A DNA stretch of 52,355 bases from an uncultured Polynucleobacter sp. (GTDB lineage Bacteria; Pseudomonadota; Gammaproteobacteria; Burkholderiales; Burkholderiaceae): positions 1 through 52,355 of the forward strand of contig CALKUJ010000337.1 in the NCBI GenBank assembly GCA_937996825.1, read 5' to 3'. Positions 10,039-19,534 of this stretch are shown in pieces. How positions within the stretch are numbered: position 1 is the first letter of the stretch; every line of letters starts with the position of its first letter. The position numbers and the translations under genes were made by a program. The notes below the pieces were generated by a model. The model was given only the letters and a program-made list of their open reading frames with translations. It did not search any database and had not been told where the DNA came from.

Positions 10039-10682
10039 GACCGCACCTCTAATTGTTGAGATAAATGGCTCACTATATTTTTTGCCACAATGTCGATATT
10101 GTCGCTCACCCCAAGACTCTTCATATCAATTGTCTTTAAACCCTCATAACCACAGGGGTTGATTGCCAAAAAAGGCTTCAAATCCATATCCACATTGAGT
10201 GCTAGTCCATGATAACAACATTGCTTGGTCACTTTTAGTCCCAAGGCAGCAATTTTGGCTCCATGCAATTCTGCAGGGATTGCTTGCTCATTAGCTAGGT
10301 AAATGCCTGGCGCCCCGGATATTCTTTGTGATGAGATTCCAAAATCTTTCAAAGAATCAATGACTGCTTGCTCCATGCGACAGACCAGGTCTCGAACAAA
10401 TAGACGTCTGCGTCGCAAATCTAACAATAGATAAATGACCAATTGCCCAGGACCGTGATACGTGATCTGACCACCTCGATCAATCGGGATCAAAGGTATT
10501 TGTGGATTAGGTAAAAGTAAATGTGCCGCATCACCAGCTTGGCCCAATGTATAGGTCGGTGGATGCTGCAGAACCCAAAGCTCATCTGGTGTGTCAGCTG
10601 AGCGCTCGGCCGTGAATTTTTTCATCGCCTCAAATGTTGGCAAATACTCCTGCAAACCTAACTGGCGAATGATGATTGTCAT
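10035..10682 (-). CDS. lipB: Octanoyltransferase
   Basis: [24 protein letters not shown] and INPCG motifs. Confidence 0.97.
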   Translation of the reverse strand: MTIIIRQLGLQEYLPTFEAMKKFTAERSADTPDELWVLQHPPTYTLGQAGDAAHLLLPNPQIPLIPIDRGGQITYHGPGQLVIYLLLDLRRRRLFVRDLVCRMEQAVIDSLKDFGISSQRISGAPGIYLANEQAIPAELHGAKIAALGLKVTKQCCYHGLALNVDMDLKPFLAINPCGYEGLKTIDMKSLGVSDNIDIVAKNIVSHLSQQLEVRS

Positions 10683-10684
10683 TT

Positions 10685-10963
10685 TTATAAAACAACACTC
10701 ACCATCGGGTGAGTCGATAGAGTTCTATAGAGCTCATCCAATTGCTCACGGCTTGTGACATGCACTGTCACTGTTAAACCTAAATAATTGCCATTTTTAG
10801 ATGGCCTGCACTCAGTGGTGTTGACATCAAAATTTTTATCAAACTGCAGGACAACATTTTGAACTGCTTCTCGATACCCCGGAACAGATTTACCCATGAC
10901 CTTGATTGGAAAGTCACAAGGGTATTTGATCAGAGATTCTTCTGCTGGAATATCCATGTTCAA
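10685..10963 (-). CDS. ybeD: YbeD/DUF493 family protein
   Basis: [11 protein letters not shown] and SKNGNY motifs; upstream of lipB. Confidence 0.9.
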   Translation of the reverse strand: MNMDIPAEESLIKYPCDFPIKVMGKSVPGYREAVQNVVLQFDKNFDVNTTECRPSKNGNYLGLTVTVHVTSREQLDELYRTLSTHPMVSVVL

Positions 10964-11679
10964 TGAACACCTCGAGGATCAGGTTGACCATGGAAGGCAC
11001 TCACAATCAAATCTCGGATGCAATGTAGTTTGCGGTGGAAAAAATGATCCGCACCTGGTATCACTTGCACAGTTAACTCTTGAGGTCTGGCCCAATCTAA
11101 AACACTGGATAGAGGAATCACATCATCCACTTCACCATGAATCACAATCGTGTTTTTAGGCACTGGAGCAACATCCCATTTACCAGTTGCAGAACCCACC
11201 ATGATGAGTCGCTCAGGTGGCATCTGCATTTCTTCTAAATGTTTTACGACATAACTGCTGACGTAACTTCCAAAAGAAAAACCAGCGATTACCAAGGGTA
11301 ATTCAGCAACCAATAATGGCCAACCCTGTCCCTCTAACTCTGGAATTTCTTGCCAACCAAAAGAGTCTTTCATCCAAGCAATGACGGCCAATAAATCTTG
11401 GGTTTCACCCTTGCCATCATCATGCACACCTTCGGATGCACCAACACCTCTGAAGTTAGGTCTTACAGTCACGTAATTCAACTGAGCAAAAGTACGAGCC
11501 AAGGTTTGCGCCACTTTGTTATCCATCGTGCCGCCCAAAAGCGGATGAGGATGGGCAACCAGAGCAATCCCTCTAGGACGAAAATTTGCTGGGTCATGCT
11601 TTAAACCCTCAGGCAAGTCTAAAGACGCCTCAATGATTCCAGCTGGACCCTTTAAATGAATTTTGATGGTTCGATTCAA
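10960..11679 (-). CDS. Alpha/beta hydrolase
   Basis: HPHPLLGGTMDNKV, NFRGVG, GFSFG nucleophile, D..I and GADHFF triad motifs. Confidence 0.9.
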   Translation of the reverse strand: MNRTIKIHLKGPAGIIEASLDLPEGLKHDPANFRPRGIALVAHPHPLLGGTMDNKVAQTLARTFAQLNYVTVRPNFRGVGASEGVHDDGKGETQDLLAVIAWMKDSFGWQEIPELEGQGWPLLVAELPLVIAGFSFGSYVSSYVVKHLEEMQMPPERLIMVGSATGKWDVAPVPKNTIVIHGEVDDVIPLSSVLDWARPQELTVQVIPGADHFFHRKLHCIRDLIVSAFHGQPDPRGVH

Positions 11680-11991
11680 TTAATCAATCCTCAATCGATC
11701 AACAACTTGGCCCTTAACAAAATGTGTATCAATGATTTCATCAATGTCACTTTGATCGATGGCGGTGTACCAAATGCCTTCTGGGTAAACAACCATGACT
11801 GGCCCATGTTCACAACGATCTAAACAACCGGCTTTATTCACTCGGACTTTTCCAGACCCCGCCATACCTAACTCCTTACAACGAAGTTTGGCATGCTCAA
11901 AGAGTCCTTGAGCGTTGTGCTGGGCACAACAGTCCTTACCGTTTTCACGCTGATTTAAACAAAAGAATAAGTGGTATTTGTAGTGGCTCAT
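11680..11991 (-). CDS. Thioredoxin-like [2Fe-2S] ferredoxin
   Basis: FCLNQR...CC, AGCLDRCEHGP and VYPEGIWY motifs; start moved to MSHY at 11991. Confidence 0.9.
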   Translation of the reverse strand: MSHYKYHLFFCLNQRENGKDCCAQHNAQGLFEHAKLRCKELGMAGSGKVRVNKAGCLDRCEHGPVMVVYPEGIWYTAIDQSDIDEIIDTHFVKGQVVDRLRID

Positions 11992-11999
11992 ATTGAAAA

Positions 12000-13088
12000 T
12001 TATATAGATGACTTGAGTTTTAAGCCTTTTATCAAAGATAAACATGCCACTACTGGCCAAATCCAGGCCAACCATGACATCAAATGATTAAAGTGCAATA
12101 AACGACCTTGACGCCACTCCTGAATAGTCACCAAATAATATGGATTTTGTGGAAAGAAATTAACCAAGAACAACATCCCAAGCAAAGTACAAACAGCAAT
12201 TAAGTACAAATAAACCTTGCTCAACTGCAAAGCACCAAACAACAGAATGGTTGCGAAGATCATTCCCCACAATGCGGGCGGCGTTAACCATGCAAAGCTT
12301 TTATCAGCCCCAAACTGCATGCCCGAAAACAAGCCCTTCAAAATGATCGTGGTAAGCAACAAACAAAACAGCAGTGGTAATTTAGGCGCACCTTTGCGCA
12401 TGGTCAATGCAATGCTGATGCCAGCAAAAAGCCAAGCCATCATGGTTGTAGCGATTTCAATGGTGGCGAAATTAAAATGACTGGTCCACAGCATAGAGCT
12501 TGGCCACTTGGTGGCAAGACCCCCCATCGCTAACCAAGCTGTTTGCGGATAAATTTGCGCCCACGGAAATGCAAGCAATAACAAAATACCGCTAGAGCGA
12601 ACCCCAAACCACTCAACCCTCTTTCTCTGAAACACGCTTCCCGAAAGCCAAGTTGGGTCTAAGCTTATTGCAAACAACGCTCCAATTGTCACTCCAGAGA
12701 TATTTGCCCACCAATCAACATTACTCGGTATTCGGGTGACCAGCCAAGTTTGTAATGACTCTAACCCTGCAGAAAGGCATGCTCCGATGATGATTGAAAA
12801 CAACAGTGCACGATAGGATTTGAGGCGAGGATATACAGCAAAAACAATCAAAAATCCCAAGGGCATATAACCCAAAATATTCGTAAAGACATCAAATGAT
12901 GTGATGTATTGGGGGATTGGCGCCAGAATCCAATCCAAATATGTGGCACCAACGCTCACATTGAAATTAAACGGGAAAATGCTGGCGTAAATAATCAGCA
13001 AAATATAGGAGAGGCACGCCATCCTTGCAGTTGGCATCGGCAAATCAGGCCAATTTAGGCGTTGTGGTCTCTGAAAATTCCCTGTCAT
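12000..13088 (-). CDS. VanZ-family membrane protein
   Basis: YASIFPF, D...NILGYMPLG and LESLQ..L..RIPSNVDW..N motifs; multiple transmembrane segments. Confidence 0.82.
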   Translation of the reverse strand: MTGNFQRPQRLNWPDLPMPTARMACLSYILLIIYASIFPFNFNVSVGATYLDWILAPIPQYITSFDVFTNILGYMPLGFLIVFAVYPRLKSYRALLFSIIIGACLSAGLESLQTWLVTRIPSNVDWWANISGVTIGALFAISLDPTWLSGSVFQRKRVEWFGVRSSGILLLLAFPWAQIYPQTAWLAMGGLATKWPSSMLWTSHFNFATIEIATTMMAWLFAGISIALTMRKGAPKLPLLFCLLLTTIILKGLFSGMQFGADKSFAWLTPPALWGMIFATILLFGALQLSKVYLYLIAVCTLLGMLFLVNFFPQNPYYLVTIQEWRQGRLLHFNHLMSWLAWIWPVVACLSLIKGLKLKSSI

Positions 13089-13114
13089 AACGACATAGTA
13101 CCTACAATAATGCT

Positions 13115-13897
13115 ATGGCGATAAATTGGATCCTAGAAAGCGTTGATCAAAGTCCTTCAACCAATGAAGACTTGATGACTCGATGGCGAGCTGGCCAGCT
13201 CTGGGAACCCATTGCCAGAAAAGCTATCACACAAACTTCTGGCAAAGGCCGACTTGGTAGATCTTGGGTAAGCCATGCCAAGCAAGCCCTGACATTTTCA
13301 GTTGCCTATCCATTTAAAAAAAGTATTTCTGAACTTTCAGGATTAAGTCTTGCTTGTGGACTTGCAGCAATCAAAGGCATCAGCGAAGCCAGCGGAATTT
13401 CTCAAGAGGACTTAAAGAAATCTGGTTTAGGTCTCAAATGGCCCAATGATATTTTTTTAAACAATAAAAAAATGGCCGGCTTATTACTTGAGGGCGGTCA
13501 ATTAGACCCAAGCCAAGCCACCTGGATAGTGATTGGCATTGGCATTAATTTGACTGCGGATGAAACTCTTAAAAACAGCATCCAACGCCCAATCGCCAGC
13601 TTAGATCAAATTGACCAAGCTAAAACAATCGATGCTGACGTTTTATGGCTCGCCATCCTTAAAGAGCTTGCAGAAACCATTGAGCTTTTTGAGCAATACT
13701 CATTTGCCAAGTTTCAACAAGAATGGAATTCGTGGGATGTGTATAGAAATCAACACTGTGCCATCGTTCAAAATGAGCAAATACAATTTGAGGGTTTTGA
13801 GCGAGGTGTTGATGCAGAAGGTCACCTTCTCATTGAGTCTGATAATAAGATACAAAAAATTATCAGCGGTGATGTTTCTTTAAAGGCAAAAGTATGA
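13115..13897 (+). CDS. birA: Biotin-protein ligase (no HTH domain)
   Basis: STN, QTSGKGRLGRSW, KWPND, KMAGLL and GIGIN motifs. Confidence 0.95.
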   Translation: MAINWILESVDQSPSTNEDLMTRWRAGQLWEPIARKAITQTSGKGRLGRSWVSHAKQALTFSVAYPFKKSISELSGLSLACGLAAIKGISEASGISQEDLKKSGLGLKWPNDIFLNNKKMAGLLLEGGQLDPSQATWIVIGIGINLTADETLKNSIQRPIASLDQIDQAKTIDADVLWLAILKELAETIELFEQYSFAKFQQEWNSWDVYRNQHCAIVQNEQIQFEGFERGVDAEGHLLIESDNKIQKIISGDVSLKAKV

Positions 13898-14685
13898 GCA
13901 TCTTGTTGATTGATATCGGCAACACCAGACTCAAGTGGGCTATAGCAGCCAACAATGGTGACCTGCACTCTGAATTCATTGATCAAGGCTTTCATACCAA
14001 TGACTCACTCAATCCATTGGCTCCATTTGATCAATTATCAAAAAAACAAAGTATTGAAAAAATCATTTGCTCAAGCGTCATCAGTGAAGCTCAAACTTTG
14101 GCGCTTAAAAAACATTGCCAAACAATCATGCCCCAAGCATCGTGGTTTCAGATCAATGGCTCATCGGCTTTAGAGCATCTGGCCAGCCAATATGATCAGG
14201 CTCAACAATTGGGGGGCGACAGAAGAGCAATGGCACTTGGGGCGCATCAGATGTTTGCGGGTAAACATATCTTGGTGATTGGAGCTGGGACTGCGACCAC
14301 CATCGACCTCATCACACCTTCGCATCACATGGGTGGCTGGATTTTCCCAGGCATGACATTGATGAGCAATGCTCTCAATTTAAATACTGCCAAATTGACC
14401 CATGTCTCAACAGATGAAAATGATTCATCATTGAAGATGGGCACCAACACCAATGATGCGATTGATCAAGGAATTTTGGCCAGCCATCTTGGAGCAATCA
14501 TGATGGCACAAGAGTATGTGAAAAATCATCAAATGAAACTTGACCACATGATCATTACTGGTGGTAATGCTAAAAAATTAATCGACCACCTAAAAGACTC
14601 CTCCTCAACGTTGGCAATTCATCATGAGGAGCAATTGGTGCTTAAAGGACTTTTGGCTTGGAATAAGTTGGGATTGGCTTCATGA
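13894..14685 (+). CDS. coaX: Type III pantothenate kinase
   Basis: IDIGNTRLKW, LGGDR, GTATTID and ITGGNA motifs. Confidence 0.95.
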   Translation: MSILLIDIGNTRLKWAIAANNGDLHSEFIDQGFHTNDSLNPLAPFDQLSKKQSIEKIICSSVISEAQTLALKKHCQTIMPQASWFQINGSSALEHLASQYDQAQQLGGDRRAMALGAHQMFAGKHILVIGAGTATTIDLITPSHHMGGWIFPGMTLMSNALNLNTAKLTHVSTDENDSSLKMGTNTNDAIDQGILASHLGAIMMAQEYVKNHQMKLDHMIITGGNAKKLIDHLKDSSSTLAIHHEEQLVLKGLLAWNKLGLAS

Positions 14686-14915
14686 GTAAAAAACTTAAAG
14701 CTGCTTTGATCATTGCAATATGCATTGTCATTTTGTTGGCATTGCAAATAAATGCCAATTCTTTTAGAGCTCAAAGTACGATTAATTCTTGGTTTGAAAC
14801 TGCTTTTCAAGGATCAGCAACGGCTGTTCAAGAAAACGATCAAATCAAACTTCTTAGTCCAGCACAATCTCCAGGAGTATCAAGCCCTGATCTTGTTAAC
14901 AAGAGCCGTCGTTGA
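14682..14915 (+). CDS. Small hypothetical membrane-anchored protein
   Basis: ATGA overlap with the coaX stop; single N-terminal transmembrane segment. Confidence 0.55.
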   Translation: MSKKLKAALIIAICIVILLALQINANSFRAQSTINSWFETAFQGSATAVQENDQIKLLSPAQSPGVSSPDLVNKSRR

Positions 14916-15383
14916 TCGGTCATGAATGAACGGTATGGCATAAGCCTTACCGCCCCAAGTTTTGACCAAGGCTGTTTCAGCCAAATCATCAATCTGATAA
15001 TCGCCGCCTTTGACATAAACATCTGGTCTTACTTTAGAAATCAATTCAACCGGTGTTTTTTCATCAAACATCACGACCAAATCGACAGACTCCAAAGCAG
15101 CCAATAGAGCCATGCGGTCATCTTGGGCATTGAGTGGTCTTGCATCCCCCTTGCCTAATAAGCGCACAGAACTATCGGCATTAACACCAACCACTAAACT
15201 CGCTCCAAGGCTTCTGGCTTGCGCAAGGTAACTCACATGACCTCTGTGCAAGATATCAAACACACCATTTGTAAATACGATTGGTTTTGGCAAACGAGCC
15301 AAGGCTTCCTGTAAATTTTCTACAGGGCAAATTTTCTTCTCAAATGCTGGTAGCGGTAATTTATTCAGATTTGGCGTTGTCAT
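14880..15383 (-). CDS. rfaE2: D-glycero-beta-D-manno-heptose 1-phosphate adenylyltransferase
   Basis: VFTNGVFDILHRGH and YVKGGDY motifs; ATG 15383 preferred (TAAGAT-N7-ATG), 15392 is an alternative. Confidence 0.92.
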   Translation of the reverse strand: MTTPNLNKLPLPAFEKKICPVENLQEALARLPKPIVFTNGVFDILHRGHVSYLAQARSLGASLVVGVNADSSVRLLGKGDARPLNAQDDRMALLAALESVDLVVMFDEKTPVELISKVRPDVYVKGGDYQIDDLAETALVKTWGGKAYAIPFIHDRSTTALVNKIRA

Positions 15384-15403
15384 AGGCGACATCTTACAAC
15401 CGA

Positions 15404-16930
15404 CTAGATATTTTCTAAATTATTTAAAAGAGTTTGTGCATGCTGAGTGATCAATAACTGCTCTTGTGCATCAATTTTCTGGAGATTTGCCGTCATCAAA
15501 CGAGTTCTTGGATTTTTCTCAAATTCAGCTCGATGATTGATTAAAAAATTCCAATAGAGAGTTGTCATTGGGCAGGCATCAGGTCCATATCTTTTACTGG
15601 ATTGATACGCGCAAGACTCACAATAATTACTCATCCTTTTGATATACGCCCCACTTGCAACATAAGGCTTGCTCGTGAATCTTCCACCATTAGCAAACAA
15701 TGCCATGCCAGCTGTATTAGGTAACTCAACCCATTCAATTGCATCAACATAAATGGCGAGATACCACTCACAAACTTGCTGAGGCAGTAATTCAGCCAAT
15801 AAAGCAAAATTGCCAGTCACCATCAATCTTTGAATATGGTGAGCGTAACCATGCTTCAAGGTCTGACCAATAACATCTTTCATGCAGGCCATTTTGGTAC
15901 CTGCAGTCCAGTACCAGCCTGGCAACTGTCTTTGATGCTGATAAAAATTATCTTCTGCCATTTTTGGCATATCCAAGTAATACATGCCGCGAATAAATTC
16001 ACGCCAACCTAATATTTGACGCACAAAACCTTCAACGGCACTCAAAGTGACTTGTCCGTTTTTATAAGCTTCTAGCGCAGCATCAACCACTTCTTTTGGA
16101 TCGATCAATTTCAAATTGAGTGATGTGGACATGATGGAGTGCCAACCGAATGGTGTATCTGTCCACATGGCATCTTGATGAACACCAAATAAGGGAAGCC
16201 GATATTCAATGAAATGACTCAAAGCAAGTAATGCCTGCTCCCTGGTCACCGCCCAGGCAAAGCTCTCTAGCTCTCCTGGGTGTTTGGGGTAGGTTGACTC
16301 AACATAAGCAATTACTTCCTTACTAATTGCATCAGGACTGAACCACTTCGGCTCAGTTATCTTTCCTGGACCTTTTTTGGGATAAGGCTTTCTATTCTGC
16401 TCATCAAAGTTCCACTGATCACCCTCTGGTTCGCCATTCTCTTGAATCAGTATCTTGTGTTTTTTGCGAAGATAGCGATAAAAATACTCAAGCCTAATTT
16501 CTTTTTTATTGCCTACCCATTCTTTGAATTCATCAAGACCACAATAAAAATGATTGTCTGGCGCAAGAGTCAAATAGATCTCAAGCTCACTAGCTAAATC
16601 TTGTAATTCTTTTCTCAAGCGCCATTCGCCAGGCTCAACACAAACCAAATGAGTGAACTTGTGTTTTTCAATATGCTCTTTAAGAACTGTGACTATTGAT
16701 TGCTTGCTTTCCTTGACATAGGTCAGCTTGTATTTTTTATTTTTTAATACTTCTGCAAAGTGGCGCATGGCAGATAAGAAAAGAGCAATTTTTGCTTTGT
16801 GCGTCCAAACATAATTGGCCTCATACTCTGACTCAATCATGATGACTTCATCTTTTGCCGAGTCGAAATGATTAAAGGCCGAACTATCGGCCTTTAATTG
16901 ATCACCTAAAACTAAGATGAGTTTTTTCAA
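15404..16930 (-). CDS. FeS-BCP cryptochrome/(6-4) photolyase (Agrobacterium PhrB / Rhodobacter CryB family)
   Basis: LVLGDQL N-terminus, HKAKI, WNFD..NRK, YAHHIQRLMV and four Cys ligands (MAC, YCESC, ACP); TTG start. Confidence 0.93.
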   Translation of the reverse strand: MKKLILVLGDQLKADSSAFNHFDSAKDEVIMIESEYEANYVWTHKAKIALFLSAMRHFAEVLKNKKYKLTYVKESKQSIVTVLKEHIEKHKFTHLVCVEPGEWRLRKELQDLASELEIYLTLAPDNHFYCGLDEFKEWVGNKKEIRLEYFYRYLRKKHKILIQENGEPEGDQWNFDEQNRKPYPKKGPGKITEPKWFSPDAISKEVIAYVESTYPKHPGELESFAWAVTREQALLALSHFIEYRLPLFGVHQDAMWTDTPFGWHSIMSTSLNLKLIDPKEVVDAALEAYKNGQVTLSAVEGFVRQILGWREFIRGMYYLDMPKMAEDNFYQHQRQLPGWYWTAGTKMACMKDVIGQTLKHGYAHHIQRLMVTGNFALLAELLPQQVCEWYLAIYVDAIEWVELPNTAGMALFANGGRFTSKPYVASGAYIKRMSNYCESCAYQSSKRYGPDACPMTTLYWNFLINHRAEFEKNPRTRLMTANLQKIDAQEQLLITQHAQTLLNNLENI

Positions 16931-16931
16931 G

Positions 16932-17897
16932 TCAACTATCTGAGCGTTTTGTACGCCAACCTTTGACGTTAGCAGAAATGTCCTGAAGCGCAGTCATGAC
17001 TGTCACTCCTTCAGGGGTGCGCTTGCGTAAAGCCTGGTTCTCGCCACCCACCCATAACTCCACTCCTGGGGCCAACTTTGACTTGAGCTCATTCAAACCA
17101 TCAACGACTTGGTTTTGATTCATTTGCGAAGAAAACGATAAGGCAATCACATCCGCTTTTTGAGCTCTTGCTGCTTGAGCGATTTCAAGAATTGGTGTTT
17201 GCGTTCCCAAAGACACACATGAACATCCTTCTAAGGCCATCAATGCTTCAGCCATCAAAAGACCTAAGCTGTGATGTTCCTGCGGGAATGTTGTTAATAA
17301 AATTCTTGGTCTGGCCAATTCTTCATTTTGACCAATATGGCCGCGTGGTACCGAATTGATGGCTGTTCTCAACAAATGTTTAATTTGCTCTGTGAACAAA
17401 TGCTCTTCGTGTATCTCCAACTTACCATTGGCCCAGTACTCACCAATATTTCTAATCAATGGTGCAACGACTTCAATCACAAAACGATCTAAACCGATCT
17501 TCATCAAAGTCGTGGAAAGTGCCAACCTCAAGGCCTCAGTTTGATGAGATCTCAATAAATCTAAATACCGATCCATTTCTTCTTGAGAAATCATCGATAA
17601 AGAATGAGTGCTGACCTCTGCGGCTTGATTGGTTCTTGCGTTTAATTCTTTGAGCGCCTCAATTGGTAAGGGCACAATTCGCCCAGGACGAAAGCCTGAG
17701 TCCAATAATCTTTTTAAAATTCGTAGTTTTTCGATCTGATCGGCCGGATAAACGCGGTCATCATTCTTATCCCGGAGGGGAATTGGGAAGTTATAGCGTC
17801 TTTCCCACACTCTAAGTGTGTCTTTGGCAATGCCTGTGTCTCGCTCTACTGCAGCGATGCTCAGCATGTCTGGCAAATTGGTAAACCTAACATTCAT
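16932..17897 (-). CDS. litR: LitR/CarH-like MerR-family regulator with B12-binding-type domain
   Basis: N-terminal HTH (TGIAKDTLRVWERRY...R.Y); Wx9EH (WANGKLEIHEEH) and ExHxxG (EHHSLG) motifs. Confidence 0.88.
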   Translation of the reverse strand: MNVRFTNLPDMLSIAAVERDTGIAKDTLRVWERRYNFPIPLRDKNDDRVYPADQIEKLRILKRLLDSGFRPGRIVPLPIEALKELNARTNQAAEVSTHSLSMISQEEMDRYLDLLRSHQTEALRLALSTTLMKIGLDRFVIEVVAPLIRNIGEYWANGKLEIHEEHLFTEQIKHLLRTAINSVPRGHIGQNEELARPRILLTTFPQEHHSLGLLMAEALMALEGCSCVSLGTQTPILEIAQAARAQKADVIALSFSSQMNQNQVVDGLNELKSKLAPGVELWVGGENQALRKRTPEGVTVMTALQDISANVKGWRTKRSDS

Positions 17898-17956
17898 AAG
17901 GCAAAACTCGGTATGTCGCCAAGTTAATACGAGGTATCGACCAGCAAATTCTACAC

Positions 17957-18052
17957 TGTCTAAGACATAATTTGCATTTTTTTTGATTTGTGCTTAATAT
18001 TGCACCATATTGTTGATTTGACCTAGACAAACTGAATTCTTGTCCATGGTCA
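17957..18052. promoter_or_regulatory. Candidate LitR operator palindromes in the divergent promoter region
   Basis: TGTCT-A-AGACA at 17957-17967 and TGACCTAGACAA...TTGTCCATGGTCA at 18019-18052; TnnACA cores resemble CarH/LitR sites. Confidence 0.5.
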
Positions 18053-18091
18053 GCAGCAAACTTATAAAAATGGGTCGAGGAGACAAACCCA

Positions 18092-18724
18092 ATGATGGTC
18101 GGAACTGAGAACAGATCCAGAGCCCCACAACAGGTTGCTAAAAGCCTGGGGGCTCAGTTTTACAGAACGGCTTTAACAGCCCTTCTGTTGGTCATTCTCA
18201 TGTGGTCTTTTTGGCCAAAGGAAGCTGTTGCCATGAATTGTTCAAAAACCTTATCTCATACCTTTTTGAGACTTCAGGATGAGGCACCCCAAAATCTTTG
18301 CCAGTACCAGGGCAAAGTGGTTTTAATCGTCAATACAGCCAGCTATTGTGGTTTCACAAGCCAATATGATGGCTTGGAGAAGCTTTATAGCCAATATAAA
18401 GACAAAGGTTTGGTGATATTGGGCTTCCCATCCAACGATTTCGGCAAACAAGAGCCTGGTACTAACAAAGAAATCGCTGATTTTTGCCACAACACTTATG
18501 GTGTGAAATTTCCAATGTTTGCTAAATCATCCGTCACTGGACCGAATGCAAATCCTCTTTTTAAACATTTGATTGAACAAACTGGTACCAAACCTCGCTG
18601 GAACTTCTACAAGTATTTAGTAGACCGCCAAGGTAATGTGGTTGACGCTTATAGCAGCATGACATCGCCAAGCAGTTCAAAGCTTGTTGCTCAAATCGAA
18701 AAATTACTTCAGGAGAAGTTGTAA
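18092..18724 (+). CDS. Glutathione peroxidase family protein, probably exported
   Basis: VNTASYCGFT, LGFPSNDFGKQEPG and WNFYKYL motifs; N-terminal hydrophobic segment ending AVA. Confidence 0.92.
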   Translation: MMVGTENRSRAPQQVAKSLGAQFYRTALTALLLVILMWSFWPKEAVAMNCSKTLSHTFLRLQDEAPQNLCQYQGKVVLIVNTASYCGFTSQYDGLEKLYSQYKDKGLVILGFPSNDFGKQEPGTNKEIADFCHNTYGVKFPMFAKSSVTGPNANPLFKHLIEQTGTKPRWNFYKYLVDRQGNVVDAYSSMTSPSSSKLVAQIEKLLQEKL

Positions 18725-19527
18725 TGAATGCACCAGAAAAGATTTTTCTACCTGATGTTCAAGCAAGTCTCGATGAACGCAACATTGTGATTCAAAAAGT
18801 TGGTATCAAATCTGTGCGCCATCCTGTTCAGATCAAAACCAAGGCAGGCGCCCAAGCCAGTGTAGCAATGATAGATATGACTGTGCAGTTGCCTTCAGAT
18901 GTCAAAGGTACTCACATGTCGAGATTTTTGGAAGTGCTTCAAAGCCAACATGAGCCACTTGAGTTTGATTCAGTTAAAAAACTCATGAGCGATATGCTTA
19001 CTCGCCTAGAAGCAACAGAAGGTCACATTGATATGAAGATGCCACTTTTCTTGAACAAAGTGGCACCAGTGTCTGGTGTTGAGAGTTTGCTTGATTACGA
19101 TCTACACATCAAAGCAGCTTTTGAAAAAGGTGCTCTGCGTTACACACTGCAAGTACAAGTTCCAGTCACCAGCTTGTGCCCATGTTCAAAGAAAATTTCT
19201 GAGTATGGTGCTCACAATCAACGTTCACATATCGTGATTGCTGCTGAGATCACTGAAAACATGGATGCTGAAGATTTAATCAAGATTGCTGAACAAGCTG
19301 CCTCCTGTGAACTATGGGGTCTATTGAAGCGCCCTGACGAAAAGTACGTCACGGAAAAAGCTTATGACAATCCTAAATTTGTAGAAGATTTGGTTCGAGA
19401 CATTGCTGTGGCACTTGATCACTCTAACAAAGTTCTTGCTTACGAAGTCTCATCAGAAAATTTTGAATCTATCCACAATCACTCTGCTTATGCATGGTTA
19501 GCAAAAGATAAACGACAGATCCATTAA
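18724..19527 (+). CDS. folE2: GTP cyclohydrolase IB
   Basis: PDVQ, KGTHMSRF, TSLCPCSK, GAHNQRS, LKRPDEK and ESIHNHSA motifs; TAATG overlap with the peroxidase gene. Confidence 0.96.
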   Translation: MNAPEKIFLPDVQASLDERNIVIQKVGIKSVRHPVQIKTKAGAQASVAMIDMTVQLPSDVKGTHMSRFLEVLQSQHEPLEFDSVKKLMSDMLTRLEATEGHIDMKMPLFLNKVAPVSGVESLLDYDLHIKAAFEKGALRYTLQVQVPVTSLCPCSKKISEYGAHNQRSHIVIAAEITENMDAEDLIKIAEQAASCELWGLLKRPDEKYVTEKAYDNPKFVEDLVRDIAVALDHSNKVLAYEVSSENFESIHNHSAYAWLAKDKRQIH

Positions 19528-19534
19528 CCCTTTC

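Noticed and set aside
18340-18355. Selenocysteine in the peroxidase active site
   Set aside because: The catalytic codon is TGT (Cys), not TGA.
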